Source of the DNA: Monocercomonoides exilis PA203 | Taxonomy: Eukaryota; Protista; Preaxostyla | Reading direction: 5' to 3' | Length of the DNA stretch: 64,000 nt | Assembly (NCBI GenBank): GCA_001643675.2 | Contig: LSRY02000041.1 | Span: 124,001 to 188,000 of the forward strand | Shown: positions 22,218 to 37,100 of the stretch, in pieces | How positions within the stretch are numbered: the stretch's first letter is position 1 | Layout of the letters: every line of letters starts with the position of its first letter | Translations under genes and position numbers: made by a program | Notes under the pieces: model-generated | Told to the model about the DNA's origin: nothing | The model's input: the letters and a program-made list of their open reading frames with translations, nothing else | The model's database searches: none

Positions 22218-25200
22218 TTATTGATCAAAATATAAATGAAAATCAATTGGCTTTTCGAGAGGAATGTCCAATTTAGTATTGCCTATTGTTATGTGAAACA
22301 CGAGCATATCATCTTTAATGTCAAACGGAATTGGCTCGAAAGAAGTTTCCTGTGCTGCATTGAGAGCATCAAAATAATCGCGCAACATGAATTTGAAATG
22401 AATATCAGAAGAATTTCCATCGGGGCTTTTGTTGTTTTTGGCTGTTTCTTGTTGTATGATATTTCTTTTAGAAGAATAATGCAAATGCTTTGAAGCTTCT
22501 TTTATTAATGAAAAAATATTTCGTTCCCCATGATTCAAATGCTGAGATATATTCGCATTATTTTCATTATTAGCTTCATCAGTTGGATGACAGATTACAG
22601 CTGCAGATTTTTTTGGTCTTATTTGACTCTTCTGCGAATATTTTGAATGTCCACAAATTTTATTCGTGGAAACATCTGCAACGAAATTAAAAGCGCCAAT
22701 CTCATTCACTCGCTCAATTATTGGAAGATTGGCTGTCGGATCACAATAAATCCGCATCTCTGTAACTAACGGAAGAATCTTTGCTCTAACTTTAAACATC
22801 ACAGGATACACCGTTGAATTTTGCGTGAAATACAAAGAAAAATAAGGCCTATTAAACTTTGAAGGAAGAAACGAAAGAAAAGAAGGAGAAACGGATGAAT
22901 CTGTGTCACTAGATTCGATTTCTGCATCATCATTCTTTTCAATATGATTCTCTTCTTTTAGCTTCTGTTTCCTCTGATTATTCAGCACATCTCCCACTCG
23001 TGTCTCCTCTCCCCATCCGCTGAAATACCCCAATGAAATGTTATCTATTCTGCAAGTCCTGATAAACTCCCCATTTCTGTAGCGGTAAGTGGCAAACTGG
23101 TCTTTGTATCTGCCAAGCGAAAGAAAATTTAGATCGCCAAGAAAATCAGCCTCAGTCCACAACAGAGGATCATCCGGAGGTCGGCGCTGCTTCAGAGTGA
23201 AGTGGTAGGATGGATCATGGTGTGGATATAAGATACTGAAATTGCTGGTTGAGAATATGTCTGAGAATGAAGAATCCAGAATTTTTTGAAGTTTATCAAG
23301 TAGCTCTTTTTTACTTTCCTCTTCTTCCTGACTCTCTTTGTCTTCCTTTTCTTCTTTCTCATTTTCTTTTGTTTCTTCTTTCTTTTCTTCCTTTTCCTGA
23401 TTCCCTTCACTTTGCTTCTCTTTCGCGTTTATGTCTTCTTTTTCTTCTTTCGAAGTATTCAATGAAATGGTTCTGTTCGAACGAATTGAATGAGTGTCAA
23501 ATGTTTGTGGCCTGGTGAAATGATTGCGAGGCTGCCTAAAATAAGCAGGCGGAGTTGGCAATAAAGACAAAAGAGATGTGAGCAAATTCGATGCGCCGGA
23601 CTGATAAGAAGAGTTGTTGGAAAATAACCCATCGTCTTCGCTGCATTGAGGGGGCCTTGTGCTGTTTGAGGAAAGCTTTGTGTCATTAAGATTTGCGCTT
23701 TTGTTGACAATTTGCAGTTCTTGGCTCGCGTTACTTTCGAAAAAGTCCTTTTCAGCTAAAAACAACATGGCAATCTCGTCGCTTTTCGCAATAAACTTTC
23801 GATCCAAAAGAACGTCACGAAGAGCCAATTTAACCGCATTTGATTCGATACGGGTGAAAAACTCGTTTTCAATCATTGAATCAGTCACATTGGCAGAAAC
23901 GGTGTGAAAACTCTCCTTTATTTTGGATGATGACTTGTGATATAATCTTTTGAAGAAACCAGAAACAACGTTCCAAATGAATTGGATGAGACGATGAATA
24001 AATCCAAAAAATTCGTTTATTGTCTTCAAATAGAAACTGTTTGAAGCACTCTTTGAATTCTTTGTTGCTTTCATTTCTTTTTTCTCTTCATCAATAATAT
24101 CAAGCATTGTATTGAGTATCAGCAATTCACCTTGCATAGTCTTTGTGTTGCAGCTGTTCCATTTGCCCCATCTGTCCTGCAGCGCCTTATCAAATGACTC
24201 TAATGATTGCACAATGGGAAACCAAGAAGAGTATATTGCCTGCGATTTGGAAGGAAGTGGCTTGAAACCAGTTACATTGCACAACTGTGGTACAGACACC
24301 CACACAAGAAGAGATGTTGAATTGACAGGGAAAATCTCTGTAATCTCAGGAATGAGCTCTTCTAATGAAAGACATCAAACATTTAAAAAGAAAAGGTAAG
24401 CAATAAATAAATGGAAGAGAACAGAATTTTTTGATTTAACAACAAACAAATCAAAATAAAATCGTCAAGAAAGAGCAAAAAAGGAATGCTTGATTTTTCA
24501 AAAATAATATCAAACCATCTTCAGACGTCGAATTGTGTGATTTTCTTCTGTAATAATCTTCTGCTTTACAATAGAATCTGGCCTCAGTTGTAAAAGGATG
24601 CAATTGATCGTGAATTGGATCATTAGTAACCTGAAACTTTTCATTGGCGAATTTTTTGTCTAAAGCAGATAAAACATTGTCTTTATGAGAAAGATGATTG
24701 TTTGGATGTCCTTCAAGATAAAGAAGAGACAAATAGTTGGCTTTTCTGTATGTTTGATTCTTCACCCTTTTGTCAAATTCAGAATCTAAATTTTGTGAAA
24801 AATTCTTTTCAAATTCAATAAGTTCTGAAAATGGAATATCAATCTCAGCAAGGTGAAATTCTCCACTGTAATAGCCATATGAAGTGAAATCCGAATCTTG
24901 TGCATCAAACAATAAATCATCGAACAAATCTTTTCCAAATGGATCGGAATCAGAAGAAAAGTCAAGAAAAGTTGTGTGAGCAACTTGAAACATTTCCAGC
25001 GGTAAAAGTGTAAATAATTCATCATATGCATAAAACCAAATAGGTTTTTGAAATAAATTGTCCTTAAGCACATCAATTGCTTCATATTCAGTTGTGTTTC
25101 TCAAATAACGATACTTGGGCTCATTTTTATAAAAAGCTGATTGATTTACTGATGCCAAATTATTATGTTGCACAGATGAATTTGTTGCATTTCTCGAAAA

Positions 25201-25707
25201 AATATCTCCATCGAGAATGGCCTGATAAATTGATATGATTTTGCTTGAATTTTTAACTGAATGGATGTATAAATCTCAATTAAACAAATGTAAATTATAC
25301 AAACTGTCATTGGTTTTGAAATGGGCTGTGATATCATTTTCAACTAAGCATGCATAACTCGCATTTTCGAATGAAAAATGAATTGCATCAGAAGGCTGGT
25401 TAAAAACAAATTCAAAAATTTGTAATTCCAGATTAGAATTTCAATGAGATGCTCAACATATGAATAAGAATGATACAATGCTGCAAACTATTTCTTCCTT
25501 TTTAAGTTGTTTCTTTGAAAAATAAACTCCATTCCAATCATCAAAAATCTCTAAATCATTATCGGGAATTCCATCAAAGCAAAAATCACTGCTGAATATA
25601 AATAACAAAATATTTAAGTAATATATGCATCTTAACATTTTCAGTTTTGCAAAAACATTAACAATGGAAAATATATTGGGTATAATAGAAATAATTCTTT
25701 GCGACAT
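22218..25707 (-). CDS. Multi-exon secreted/ER protein with two MRH-like domains (Erlectin/XTP3-B, OS-9-like)
   Basis: Hydrophobic N-terminus (MLRCIYYLNILLFIFSS, ATG 25638 or 25707). Two segments resemble MRH C-halves: TEARFYC...ITEI...VWVSVPQLC and TEMRIYCDP...IERVNEIG...VSTNKICGH, with an upstream ISLGYF strand. Probable intron at 24362-24515. Confidence 0.6.
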
Positions 25708-26173
25708 GATTGTGAACGCTTTAATAAAAAGATGAATTGATACAAAACTTCATTTCCAAATTTCTTATTTTTTTATGAAATAATTATTCAAAAATACTTT
25801 GACAAAAATATTTGGTATATGAATTATAAAATGAATCCTAAATTTTCCTGTGGATAATTTGAATTTTAATTTTAAATTATTGAATAAGTTTCAAATTTGA
25901 TTTGCATATTTAGGTGAGCTCGAATCACATGTAAAAAAAGGAAATTCAGAGGTCATTCAATAATCAAACATTTTTCTATTGATTGATTGCAGAAAAAATA
26001 AAAAAGAGAACTGATAATCATGAGCTATGTCAAGTATCGATCAGATAAATCAAATAAATTTCAACATCATCATATTCCATTTTTGGAATAATCATACAAA
26101 AGAAAACAATATCTTATATTTCTGTATTTTTTTCATATTTTTCAGATCGACTGAAACAAACATTCATCCAATT

Positions 26174-29100
26174 TTATTGCTTCTCGAATTGATTCTGAAG
26201 AAACAAGGCTCCCACAATAATCCAGCAAGCAGCAATCCTGTCGTCCTCGCAAACAGGTGCAACTCTGAGGCACAGCGCAAGAGCAAGTGCATCTCTTGAG
26301 CCGACAAGTGAATGTGTCTGCTGATTAGCCACAATCGATTCCAGCGCATGTTGAGGCGTCAAAGGCGCCCGAAGGAACAGAGGAACAGCTTTGAGAGATA
26401 CTTTATCTGAAAGTGATCTGCTTGCCATCGTCTCCACATCAGCAAATGCAGATGAGAGAGAAATTCCGCTTGTGGATTCCATTTCGAGGAGTGGAAGAGA
26501 AGGAGACAGAAGTGAAGAAAAACGAGAATCAATTGGAATCGCGGGAAGAGCTAGCGAATTGCGGTGTGTTATAATGAGCTCCGAAAGAGAAGATAACAAG
26601 GTTGATTCGAACACAGAAAGGCTTCTAAGAGAAGAAGAAGGAGGCAATAAGCAATGCTTCATTCTATAATTATTCAAAGCCAAAAAATAGAAAAGGAAAT
26701 TACAAAAAAAATTGTTTAAAAAATAAGAAACAATAAATTTTGGATTGAATACGTAAGAAAAATGAATACCTTTGCCCAAACGATTCGCAATCAACTGAAT
26801 AGCAACTCCATTGCGACTGATCTGCGAAGTCAAACGAATAGCGTGTGTTGATTGTAATTGATTTCTTTCTTTTATCCTCTTTTCCTTCTGAAGCATGCTC
26901 CCTTTTTTCTGAATGCTGTTTGCGAGAAGGAGCCACAGAAACAAACGGAGGTTGTAGATTTGCCAGGAAAGTTGAGCTGTTCACAAGCAGCGCTGGCCAA
27001 AACACAGAAGCAATGGGAGTTCCATTCATTTCGCTTTCATTTAGTGACATTCTTTGTCTTTCTTTTCTGCTTCCAAATATCTTTTCTTCCATTGCGTTTG
27101 TTTTTCTCTCGTTCAATTGTCTCAGCTGAGCAGCAAATGACTTGTTCCGCTGTTCAATGAACTCCTCAAAGGGGAGAACAACTCCTGTCTGCGGATCCCA
27201 CAACTTGCACTTTGCACCTGCTCCATCTCCACTTATTGTCGCAACACACACTTCTTCCAATCTTGGAGTCACAAAGCAATACGACGAAGAATTTCTTCTA
27301 TTTGATTTATCAGATTCTCTTTCCTTGGAACTGTCATAATTTTTCTTTTTCTTCTTTTTCATCCAATTCACTCTCGAACAATAGCACACAAAAGCATTCA
27401 ATCCAAACCCCAAAAGAAGCGAACACAACAGAAATGCTCTTTCTTCGTCTGTTCCTCTTCCGTTGATCAGCACCTCACTCACATTCCACAGGCGCCCTTC
27501 TCGTTGGAGAATTCTGGATGAAACACTTTTATCTCCAAGACTGATGGATGCTTCTGTTTGCTGAGGAAGCTTTTCCCGCTTCTTCATTTCAGCCAGATCA
27601 TTCCATCGTGCACTGAGGAGTCTGAAATCTTCTTCCACAGCAGAATTCGCTGAAAGAGTGTCTTTTCTGATTTCAGCATCCATTTTGTTGAGCAGCGAGG
27701 CACACAAAGCAGCGTGGCGTGGCGTGTCCATTTCGCGAAATGCTCCTCGCAATGGAGTGACAAACAAGCACAGTGGATAGACAGCACCTGATGTTGCTTT
27801 TGAGATCAAGGATGGGAAATGGCAGCAGCTGCACCCGCGAAGTGAAGGTGATGTGGATGGAAATGAATTGATAGGATGAGGTGAGGGTGAGGTGGCACAT
27901 GAGGATGAAGGAGATGTTGAAGATGAAGAAGATGAGCTTGTTTTTTGATACTCAGTAGAATCAATACCAAATTCTTGATTCCATGATTGCTGTATGGTTT
28001 GAGAAACTTTTGACAACCAATTTGACATTGATTCAAAAAGTGCTTCTGTCTTAGCAGATTGGTTCAGTCTTTGAGATATTGTTGCCTGAGTTAAAACAGC
28101 TTCAATTTTCATTGCGACTGTAATTGGCTCTTTCTGCAAAGAAGATGAAGTCGAGGCTGAAGCAGAGGAAGAGGAAGATGAAGAGGATGGAAAAGTTGAA
28201 ACTTCACTGTTAGCAGCATCAGTTGCATCTCCTCTTCCCATCTGCCAGCCTTCGTTGCCTGCTTGTAATGCACCAGCTTTGCTTTGCTCAGCGTCAGTCA
28301 AGTGGATCGAGTGGTAATCGTATCCAACAACAGACACTTTCACCATCACAATCCCTTTTGACTCATGATCTTCTGCTCTGTTTTTCGACTTGATCTCCAC
28401 AGGGCACAAGATAGGCGCATAAAACGCCTTTGTCCAGTTCAGCCAGCCGCTTCCGATGCTCCGCTGTTCTCCGCTTGGCAGCTGCGCAACAACAACAAAC
28501 AGAAGACGTGGGTCAACGTGGCTGAGAAGTTCAGCCATCGGCAGTTCTCTCAAAGCATCTGTGAATGACAGCAAAAAGGATGATTGATGTGAATTTGAAG
28601 AAGAAGAAGAAGAAGAAGAAGAAGAAGAAGAAGAAGAAGAAGAAGAATTATAAGAGGCAAATTTTGGTTCCAATTCTGCCGGAACCGGAGGATAAGTTCG
28701 AAATCGTGTTCCGTTGCATACGATATGCACAGTAACTGTTGTTCCTGGAGTGAAGCGAGAGAAAGGTGAAGGTGAATGCATATCATAGAAATCAGTGAAT
28801 GCTCGTCCGTTCAGCACATCAATGCGGACTGTCACAAAAGGCTTCTTCGACAAGACTGCTTCAATTGCACGAAATCTCCTCTTTGAAATGATTTGTGATG
28901 CGTCTTCGGCTGAAGGGTCGTTGCTGTGCTGATGCTTTCTTCGTTCAATTTCTTCTTTGGCTTCTTTGTCCTGCTCCACAAAATCGGCTGTCGTTGGCAT
29001 TCCGTCCAGTTGGCTTTTGACAAACTCTGAGAAATACGAAGAAGCAGTCTTATCTTTTGGAGGAATTGCAGATGGGACAGTTGATTTTATAAATGGAAAA

Positions 29101-29945
29101 GCAGTTGAGTCGATTGAATATTCTTTTGGAAGCGAATGAATTGCTTCTTCAACATTCCGACTATCATCGTTTTCTGGATGAACATTTGATCTTTTAAATG
29201 TAGGCTTTTCAGATTTTTCGTATCTATTTGCAGTAGGAGATGTGAAAGAAGTTGGAATGAAAGATGATGACGAAACGAATGAAGAAGGAATATTGTGAGG
29301 TGAAATAGGTGGAAGAGTTGCTTTTGTATCCTCACTTGTTGATTTCGCTTTTTCTATCCTCTTTCCTTCATTCATTCGTTTCCCCAAAGCTCTTGAAGCA
29401 AATTTCATTGATCGAGCAGTGACGAACACAATTGGTCTTGCAGCTTGGCAATGCAACAAATGCTTTTGAATGTGTTGAGAAGTTAGATTCTTTCTTTGGG
29501 AATTATCATCTCCACTTGCATTGCTGCTCTCTTGATCTTCTTCTGATTCTTCGTAATCGTCTTCGTCCTCTTCTTCTTCCTCCTCGTCGTATTCTTCTTC
29601 AACTTCCTCTTCGTATTCTTCGTATTCATCATCTGAACAATTATCTTCAGATTTCCCTTCAGCTTTAAAAGAATTTCTTTTTTCGTTTTGTTGTAATGAG
29701 CATTCATTTTCAGCTTTGCAGCTTTGTGCATTTGAATTCGATTTATTATCATTTGATTTTGATGGAATTTTATTCTCATCATTTGATGAATAATCGTTAT
29801 CTCTTTCTTTTTGTTCATTGTGTGACTATGTTTTGCGCAAAAAAAATTGGAAAACTTCAATGCTGAAAAGAGAAAAACAAAAAATTATAAATACCATTTT
29901 TGCACCTTTTATTGCTTGCTTTGTTCCATCTCCCATTTCATCCAT
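26174..29945 (-). CDS. CEP76: Centrosomal protein CEP76-like (C2 domain + transglutaminase-like domain)
   Basis: C2: VRIDVLNGRAF...RFRTYPPVPAELEPKF. Middle: FVTPLRG...DTPRHAA, GRGTDEERAFLLCSLLLGFGLNAFVC, WDPQTG. C-terminus: ALCLRV....ACWIIVGA. Phase-0 intron at 29826-29894 and another near 26690-26769. Confidence 0.85.
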
Positions 29946-30813
29946 TTTATTATAAACTCACTTTTCTAAATATTTTTATATTCAAAATCAACTATAACCA
30001 AAGCCAGCTCAAAAAATATTTTAAATGATTTACACTTTTTAGTATAGTTAAATGATCAATTTTTGCAATATTTTTCAATCACAGATAAGTGCATGTTCAT
30101 CATTTTAATGACTGTTCGCACCATTTTCCTACCTGAATACCACACAAACATAAATCTGATCAATGAAAAATTACAAGAAAAGAGTATGCAAAAAGATCGG
30201 TTGATTTTTATTATTTTCTTTGCATATAGGTTTAATTTTTTTGTTATATCTGTATGAATGCCGTATGAAATGTCCTTAATTTTGCTTACATTATTATCAA
30301 TAAATTTTTCTTTGAAATAAATTTAGAATTCAACATTCTCTTTGAAACTCCTGAAACCGAATAAAATTGCAACAACTATTGAATCAATACGTAACATACG
30401 TAATCAAATAGATCTTGGTTTAATATTTTAATTAATTCAAAAATTTTGAAAATTTATTTTTGAATGAAAGGAAATGAGAAATGCAAAGAAGCTTGCTTGA
30501 ATTTTCGTAACTTTCTTGTATTTTTGTGCAATGCAATTGTTACCAGACCGAATCAGAAACTATTTGTATGAAGGAGTTTTATTTCAGTTATGGTTTAAAC
30601 GAGCTTTAAAATTTTATTTTGCAGGATGAAAGCTTTCGACTTCTTTTGAGCCTTTGTTCATTGCCTTCTGATATAGATCCGCAATATAATATTCCTCTGC
30701 TCATAAGAATATTTGATGCTCTTTATCTTGTATGCATGCTTTGCTCTACATCAAATTGTTAAAAATTATTCGTTTTTTCAGATGTCGACAGAAGATTCCA
30801 GATACGCTGCTTT

Positions 30814-33400
30814 GTGCGCAACATTGTATGTCTAATTTATTATTACTACAAACATAGAAAAGGAAATGAATTTTATTTTTTGAAAAGGATTTTGCTTGAA
30901 ACTGATCCAGAACAAGCTCAGTTGGTGTATGATTGCGGGTATGTTTACAGGATAGCTATTCTGTTGGAAGAAGACGAAAGCCGAAAGTTCCACATGGAAA
31001 AGAACATGATCATGAAAAGGCATCAAAACAGAGAAAAAAGAGAGGCAGGCTTGTGGAAGCAGCTCATTTTGTACCAGATGAAGAAAGACATCAAAAAAAG
31101 ACTTCGAAAAAGAACAAATAGCAAAAAGCAAGCAACAAGCAAAATGCATACAAGTTCCATTTCTTCTTCCGAGTCTCCATCAGCACCTCCATCTGCTTCA
31201 TCTTCATCTGCATTTTCACTTTTGTCCCAACCTGTTTCTGAACACGATAGTTTTTATTCAGCTGCTTCCTCTTCAGCCCCAAAGACTTCACAATCAAGCT
31301 CAGCAGTTCCGTTTTCGTTGCTTTCTTCTTCCTCCTCCTCTTCCTCCTCTTCATTTTCTTCTTCTCAACCATCTTCTTTTGCTTTTGACTCAGATGCATC
31401 ATTTGCAACTCAACAAACTTCTGTTGAGACGATGAATTTATCTTTGTCAATTTTGTCTCAAATGGAAGAAACTGTTCCTGAAATGCGTTCTCCTCCATTA
31501 ACACCCCCATCCCATTTATCATCTTCTTCATCCTCCTCCTCCTCTTCTTCTTCATCCTCTTCATCTTTAACAGAAGATGCATTGGAGAGAGAAGAAGAAG
31601 AGCTTGAGAATGGGGTGGATGATGAGCTTGCACTCAAAATGAAAGAGCATGGCTCCTCTTATCAAATGATGGCACTGATGAATGCATTCAGCAATGATCC
31701 CTCTTCTTATTACACAGACGAACAAAGCACAGAGAATGAGACGAATTTGATTGAAAGAGACGAGAAGAGCTTTTCATTGGCTATTCAGGGCGAGACAGAT
31801 TATCAGAACAGCAGCTATTCTGATGATGTGGACGCAAACTCAGCTCTATGCTGTTCATCATCATCATCTTCTTCTTCTTCTTCTTCTTCTTCTTCTTCCA
31901 CTGAATTAATCAAAAGTTCACAAATCCTCCCTCTTTCTGAAACAGGCCTCGCCTTGTTTATGCCAAAGAAACACAAAAAACACAGAGACATCGAAGAGAA
32001 TGAGAACGAGAACGAGAATGAGCCATTGCTTGTGGATGTCTGCCTGCAAATATTGTACCAGCTCTTCTCGTCAAACGCCACACACAGAAAGATATTCCAA
32101 GTGCAGCTGTTGTATGCAAACAGGGCGAATGGCAGTGAAATGAATGAAGTTGGGGCAGATATGAGTGAAGATTGGGGATATTCAGATGGGCCAATGAAGA
32201 GATCATATTACGAAGAGAGCATGGGAAGTGGCAGCGGAGGTGGCTACTCTTCGTTCAGTGTTGATGACTCTTATCTCTATTCTGCTTCATCATCATCATC
32301 ATCATCTTCTTCTTCTTCTTCTTCAAATATCTATGATTACAATGATTCATATCCACAATCTGCTTCCTCTTCTTCTTCCTCCTCCTCTTCCTCCTCTTCT
32401 TCTTCTCTTATGCTCACTGAGCCCACTCCCTCTGCCATTGAATCGCTGCACATCAAACGTGAGGGAGATGTCGAGTATTTCGACCCAGCCGAGTTGGAGC
32501 GCCTGGAAGAAGAGAAAGGCGGAGTGATGGATGGCGAGGTAGCATTTGACTATATTTCTGAGGCTGATCAGGAAAAAGGCATAGCTCAGCTGGATGCGAA
32601 GGAGCTGATGAGGCTGGTGGGAGGGGAAGAGAAGAGCGAAAGAGGAGGATGGACACAGCAGACAGAGGGGCAGACATCGTTGACATTGAAACCAACTTCT
32701 TATGCTTCTTCTTCATCATCATCATCTTCTTCTTCTTCTTCTTCAATTGTTCCTTCGTCCTCCAATCAGTCATCTTCATTGCCACCCAAACAGACACAGC
32801 CAACATTTGACGAAGAGATTCTCATTCTCTTTCCTGTTCTGAAGCGCATTTTGCACAACAGAAGACTCGACGGATCGGCTTATGAAAAGCAGTTTGGCGA
32901 AGGAAAAGCAAAGAGGAAACTGGAGAGAGAAGAAAAGATGACGAAAAGAAGCATTTTGAGAGAGCAGAAGTTGATTGAAAGAGAGCTGAGAAGAGCTGAG
33001 AAGAAAGAAAGAGAAAGAGAAAGAGAAAGAGAAAGAGAAAGAGAAAGAGAAGAAGGAGAAGGAGAAGGAAAGGAAGACAATAAAATGAACAAGGATGATG
33101 AATGCAGGCAAAAGCATAAACATAGACATCATCATGAACATGGGGCAGATTCTGATGTGAGTGAGGATGTGAGTGGGGAAGCTGATTCGCACAGCACAGA
33201 CAGCAATACAAGCAGTGATGATAGTGACGATAGTGATGATGAAGATGAAGACAACAGAAAAGGAAGAGGAGCGATGAAAGAGACGATTGAAGAGATGGAC
33301 TGCGATGAAGGATATTCTTTTCAGACAAGATGGATGGCTCACTTGGTGATGCACCAGATGCTCGGAAGGAGAGGCTTGAAGCAATTCTTTCACTATTTAG
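30814..33400 (+). CDS. Large exon of a hypothetical helical-repeat (ARM-like) protein with poly-Ser/acidic insertions
   Basis: 881-codon open frame. Short amphipathic helices (AQLVYDCGYVYRIAILL, VCLQILYQL, ILILFPVLKRIL) are separated by low-complexity tracts. Upstream exons probably lie from ~30250. Confidence 0.6.
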
Positions 33401-34167
33401 CATCTAATTGTCTTTCTATTATGCCATTTATCTTTTCATCGATCCTTATTTCATTCTGAATGCATTTGACTTTTTTCATATTTGAATGTGTTGTTTTGAT
33501 GAAACAGGGAGAAAGAAGAGAATCAGAGAGGCACCCGAAGAAGTTGTGGAGCGTCTGCCAATTCCCATCTTGCAGAAACTTGTTGAACGACTTTTGTTTG
33601 ATTCATTTGCTTTGTTTTATTCTTCAAATTGATGAAAATTCTTTTCTTTTAACACTCTTTCATAATCTGATTTTCGTATTCTCCATATCTTTCAACATCT
33701 TTTCAATATTTTATTTATTCTCCAATTATCCATTCTTCTATCTATCTGTCTATCTATCTGTCTATCTGTCTATCTATCTATCTATATGTGCACATAATTT
33801 AATCCCCATTTGAACTCTTCCCATTTAGTGCCAAGCCTCAGAGCGTGACTATTTCTCCTCTCATGACACTCTCTCAGCAGCTCCGCCATCATCGCGAAGT
33901 AGCCGACGATCTGCTTGGAATGCGCTTTGCCCCTGCTATCTTCTCTCTCATGTCTTCTTCCACTCCTCAGGTAGTTTTTTACTCCTCTCAGGTTTGTGTC
34001 TTAAAGATTAAATAAAAAAATATTCATTTGAAACATTTTTATTTTATTCTCTTATGTGTTTGTATATCCTTTCTGATTTCATTTTAATAATTGCCTTATT
34101 TCCAACTTCATCCAATTGAATAATGTTCTTGTTTCTGAACTCATTTATTCCCATTCCCATCTAACAG

Positions 34168-37100
34168 ACAGCTGCTCTGTTTGCCCTCTGTGGTGCCTTC
34201 CCTGCCTTGGCGTGCTTCCAGACACACATCTTCCACCAGGCAATTCGCATCATCCCTCAGACGATGGTGCATGACAGCGAAACCACACTCAACTGCCTGA
34301 GGTTGCTGCAAGAGGCAGTCAGAGACTCCAACGAGCAGCGCCTCGCACTGTGCAAAGTGGGTCTGCTGGTGTCCATCTGCCGGCTGCTGCTGAATGAGAG
34401 AGAGAAGACAAGATCAGCCTCGATGAAGGCGAGGGAGAGGCTGAAGAACATGAGTCTGCGGAAGGAGAAGGAACTGGAGCGCAAAAAGAGGACGGGAGGG
34501 AGGTTGGAGCAGGAAGATCGGAGGACGCTGAAGCAGAAGAAGAGGGAGCAAGAGGAAGAAGAGAGAGAGAAGAGGGAGCTGATGCAGCTGATGGCAGGGA
34601 GGCAGAGTCCGCGTCTGGTGTATCCAGCGCTTGTTGTACTGGAAAGAGGGTTTGTGCGGCCAGTGTATGATTTGGATGATAACTACTACAAATGCCTGAG
34701 CGAAAAGGGGAAGATGAATCTGTCGCTGCTTCTGCTGGATGCCTTCCGCATGTGCAGAGAGGTGGAGCTGAAGAGGACAGCAGCGTTTGTGATGTGCTTC
34801 CTGTACAACGAGAGTGAGATGCTGAATGGCGACTTCGGATGGATCCAGGAAGAGATCGATGGGCATCTGCATCAGGTGAACTTCAGAGCGCGGAGGATGC
34901 GGAGAGCAGAGAGGAGGAATCTGGAGCACTGGAACGCGATTGCGAGGAGGAGGCAAGGAGGAGGGTTTGGGCGAAGAGGCGGTGGAAGAGTCGATCGGAA
35001 TCAAATGGTGTATCGGCAAATTGGTGTGAGGGAGCTGGATGAGAATGGGAATGTGCGGGAGACGAGTCTGGAGAGGAGGAGGAGAGAAGAAGAGGAAAGA
35101 GTGGAGAGGATGATCCAGGAGGAGGAGAGAAGCGAATCTGAGCTGACGGAGGACAATTTGAGCGATTTCTTTGGAGAAGAAGGAGGAGAGGACAGAGAAA
35201 GAATAGAGATAAAAAGGAAGAAGAGGAAGAAGAAAGCAGAAAAGGACAAAAGAAGAAAGGAAGCCAAAAAGGAGAAAGAAGTGCAGGAGATGCTGATGAT
35301 GACCAAGGATCCGAAGACATTGTTTATGGACATTCTGGTGAAGGCCTTTGTGGAAAACTCGAAGTCTGTGGAGAGTTGGATCAATACGGTACTCAATGTT
35401 GACGACCAGCCAGTGGCAAACGAGGAAAGATGGGTGACACTCAGGAGAGCTGTGAGGCAGAGGGACAGAAGGAGGCTGAGGGGGGCAATGGCTGCAGACG
35501 ATGAAGAAGTGGACTCAGAAGAAGAGATGGCGAACATAATGAGGATGTTGGATGAGAAAGAGAAGGAGAGGAAGGAGAAGAGAATAGAAGAGGAGCTGAT
35601 GGCAATGGAGGCAGGTCTTAATGAAAAATTAGCAAAAGAAAAAGAAAAAGAAAAAGGGGAAGGAAAAGGAAAAGGAAAAGAAGATGAAGGAGAAGAAGAA
35701 GAGGAGGAGGAGGAGGAGGAGAATCAGAAGGAAAAAGACAAAGAATGGAGGAAAGCAGAGGAAGAAAGGTTGATTGCAGAGATGAGAGAGAAAGAGGAAA
35801 GGCGACTGATTGAGCTGGAGCGGCTGGGGAGAGCGAAAGAAGCAGCAGAAGAGGAAGCAAGACGGCAAGCAGAAGAAGAAAGACTGCAGATAGAAAGAGA
35901 AGAACAGGAGCGAAGAGCACGCGAGACACCGCAGGAGAGGCTTGAGAGAGAAGCGAGAGAGAGGAGAGAGGCGAGGGAGAGGAGGGAAGAGGCTGAGAGA
36001 GAAGCAAATGAACAGCAGGTGCGGGTGAATGCATTGCTTTCGATTGTCGCAGGAGAAAGATTCAGTTTGAAGTTATTGATTGTTCAAAGTGAGATTAACC
36101 AATATTTGAATAAATGAAATTATGCTAAATGAATGTGAATATCTTTTATTGATGATTTTCAATCTGTCTGTTTGTTTCTCTTTGATTAGATGGCTTCTCA
36201 TCCGAAATGTATTCAGAATCTGAACTTATTAAGCCCAATGTGATGATATGCACCATAGAATTTCTATTGTTTGTACTGGTTGTTTCTTTCTTGTCTTCAC
36301 AAGTCTCAATTAATGCTTCAATATTTTTATTAATTCTCTTTCTTTCTCTTTCTCTTTCTTATTTATTTATTTATTTTCTTCCTCTTTCTTTTCACTCGAC
36401 TTTATTTGATAATCTATTTACCATCTTTTGTTAATGCCAGCCATCCATTAAAGCGCGACTACTTCAGTGCTCTTCTTTTGATGGACAAGTTTCTCTCAAC
36501 GAAGATCTTTAAAAGGGCAGACGAACGTCTGAAGAACTTGTATTACTATCGCCTGCACGACTTTGTGTTTATCCGCGATGAAGACTTGAACTACGAGGCA
36601 CTTCTGCAAATGAGTGCGCTGTGCATGAAGAAGAAAGCGAACATTTCCATTCTGTTTCCAGATGAGGTTCTGGAGCACTTCATCAGCTTCATCATCCCCC
36701 AGGCTACACGATTTACTCGCATCAGTCTGATGTACCATCTGTGGGAGCTGATGGCCCAGAGGATGCCTGTGTATATGTCAGCCATGCGCCTTGGGTATGT
36801 CGATATGGTCATGGGATTTATGCGCTCAAGAGAGAAGAAGGATGTTTCTGATGCAATCGACCACATCAGGGACATGTTCTACTCGATGGGCGAGATTTCA
36901 GAAAAAGCATTCGAAAATAAGAAATATCGCAATTTTCTTCAACAAATCAACGAAACAGTGAATAAAAAACTGAAATTAACTGACGATTTGAAACTTGATC
37001 TGCTTAATCCAACAAGAGAGTATTTGGAAGGAGGGTTGCAATATTTGATGGATCAGTGTTTTGAAATGGAGACATCAAAAAAGCAGTTTTCGTTTCCAAC

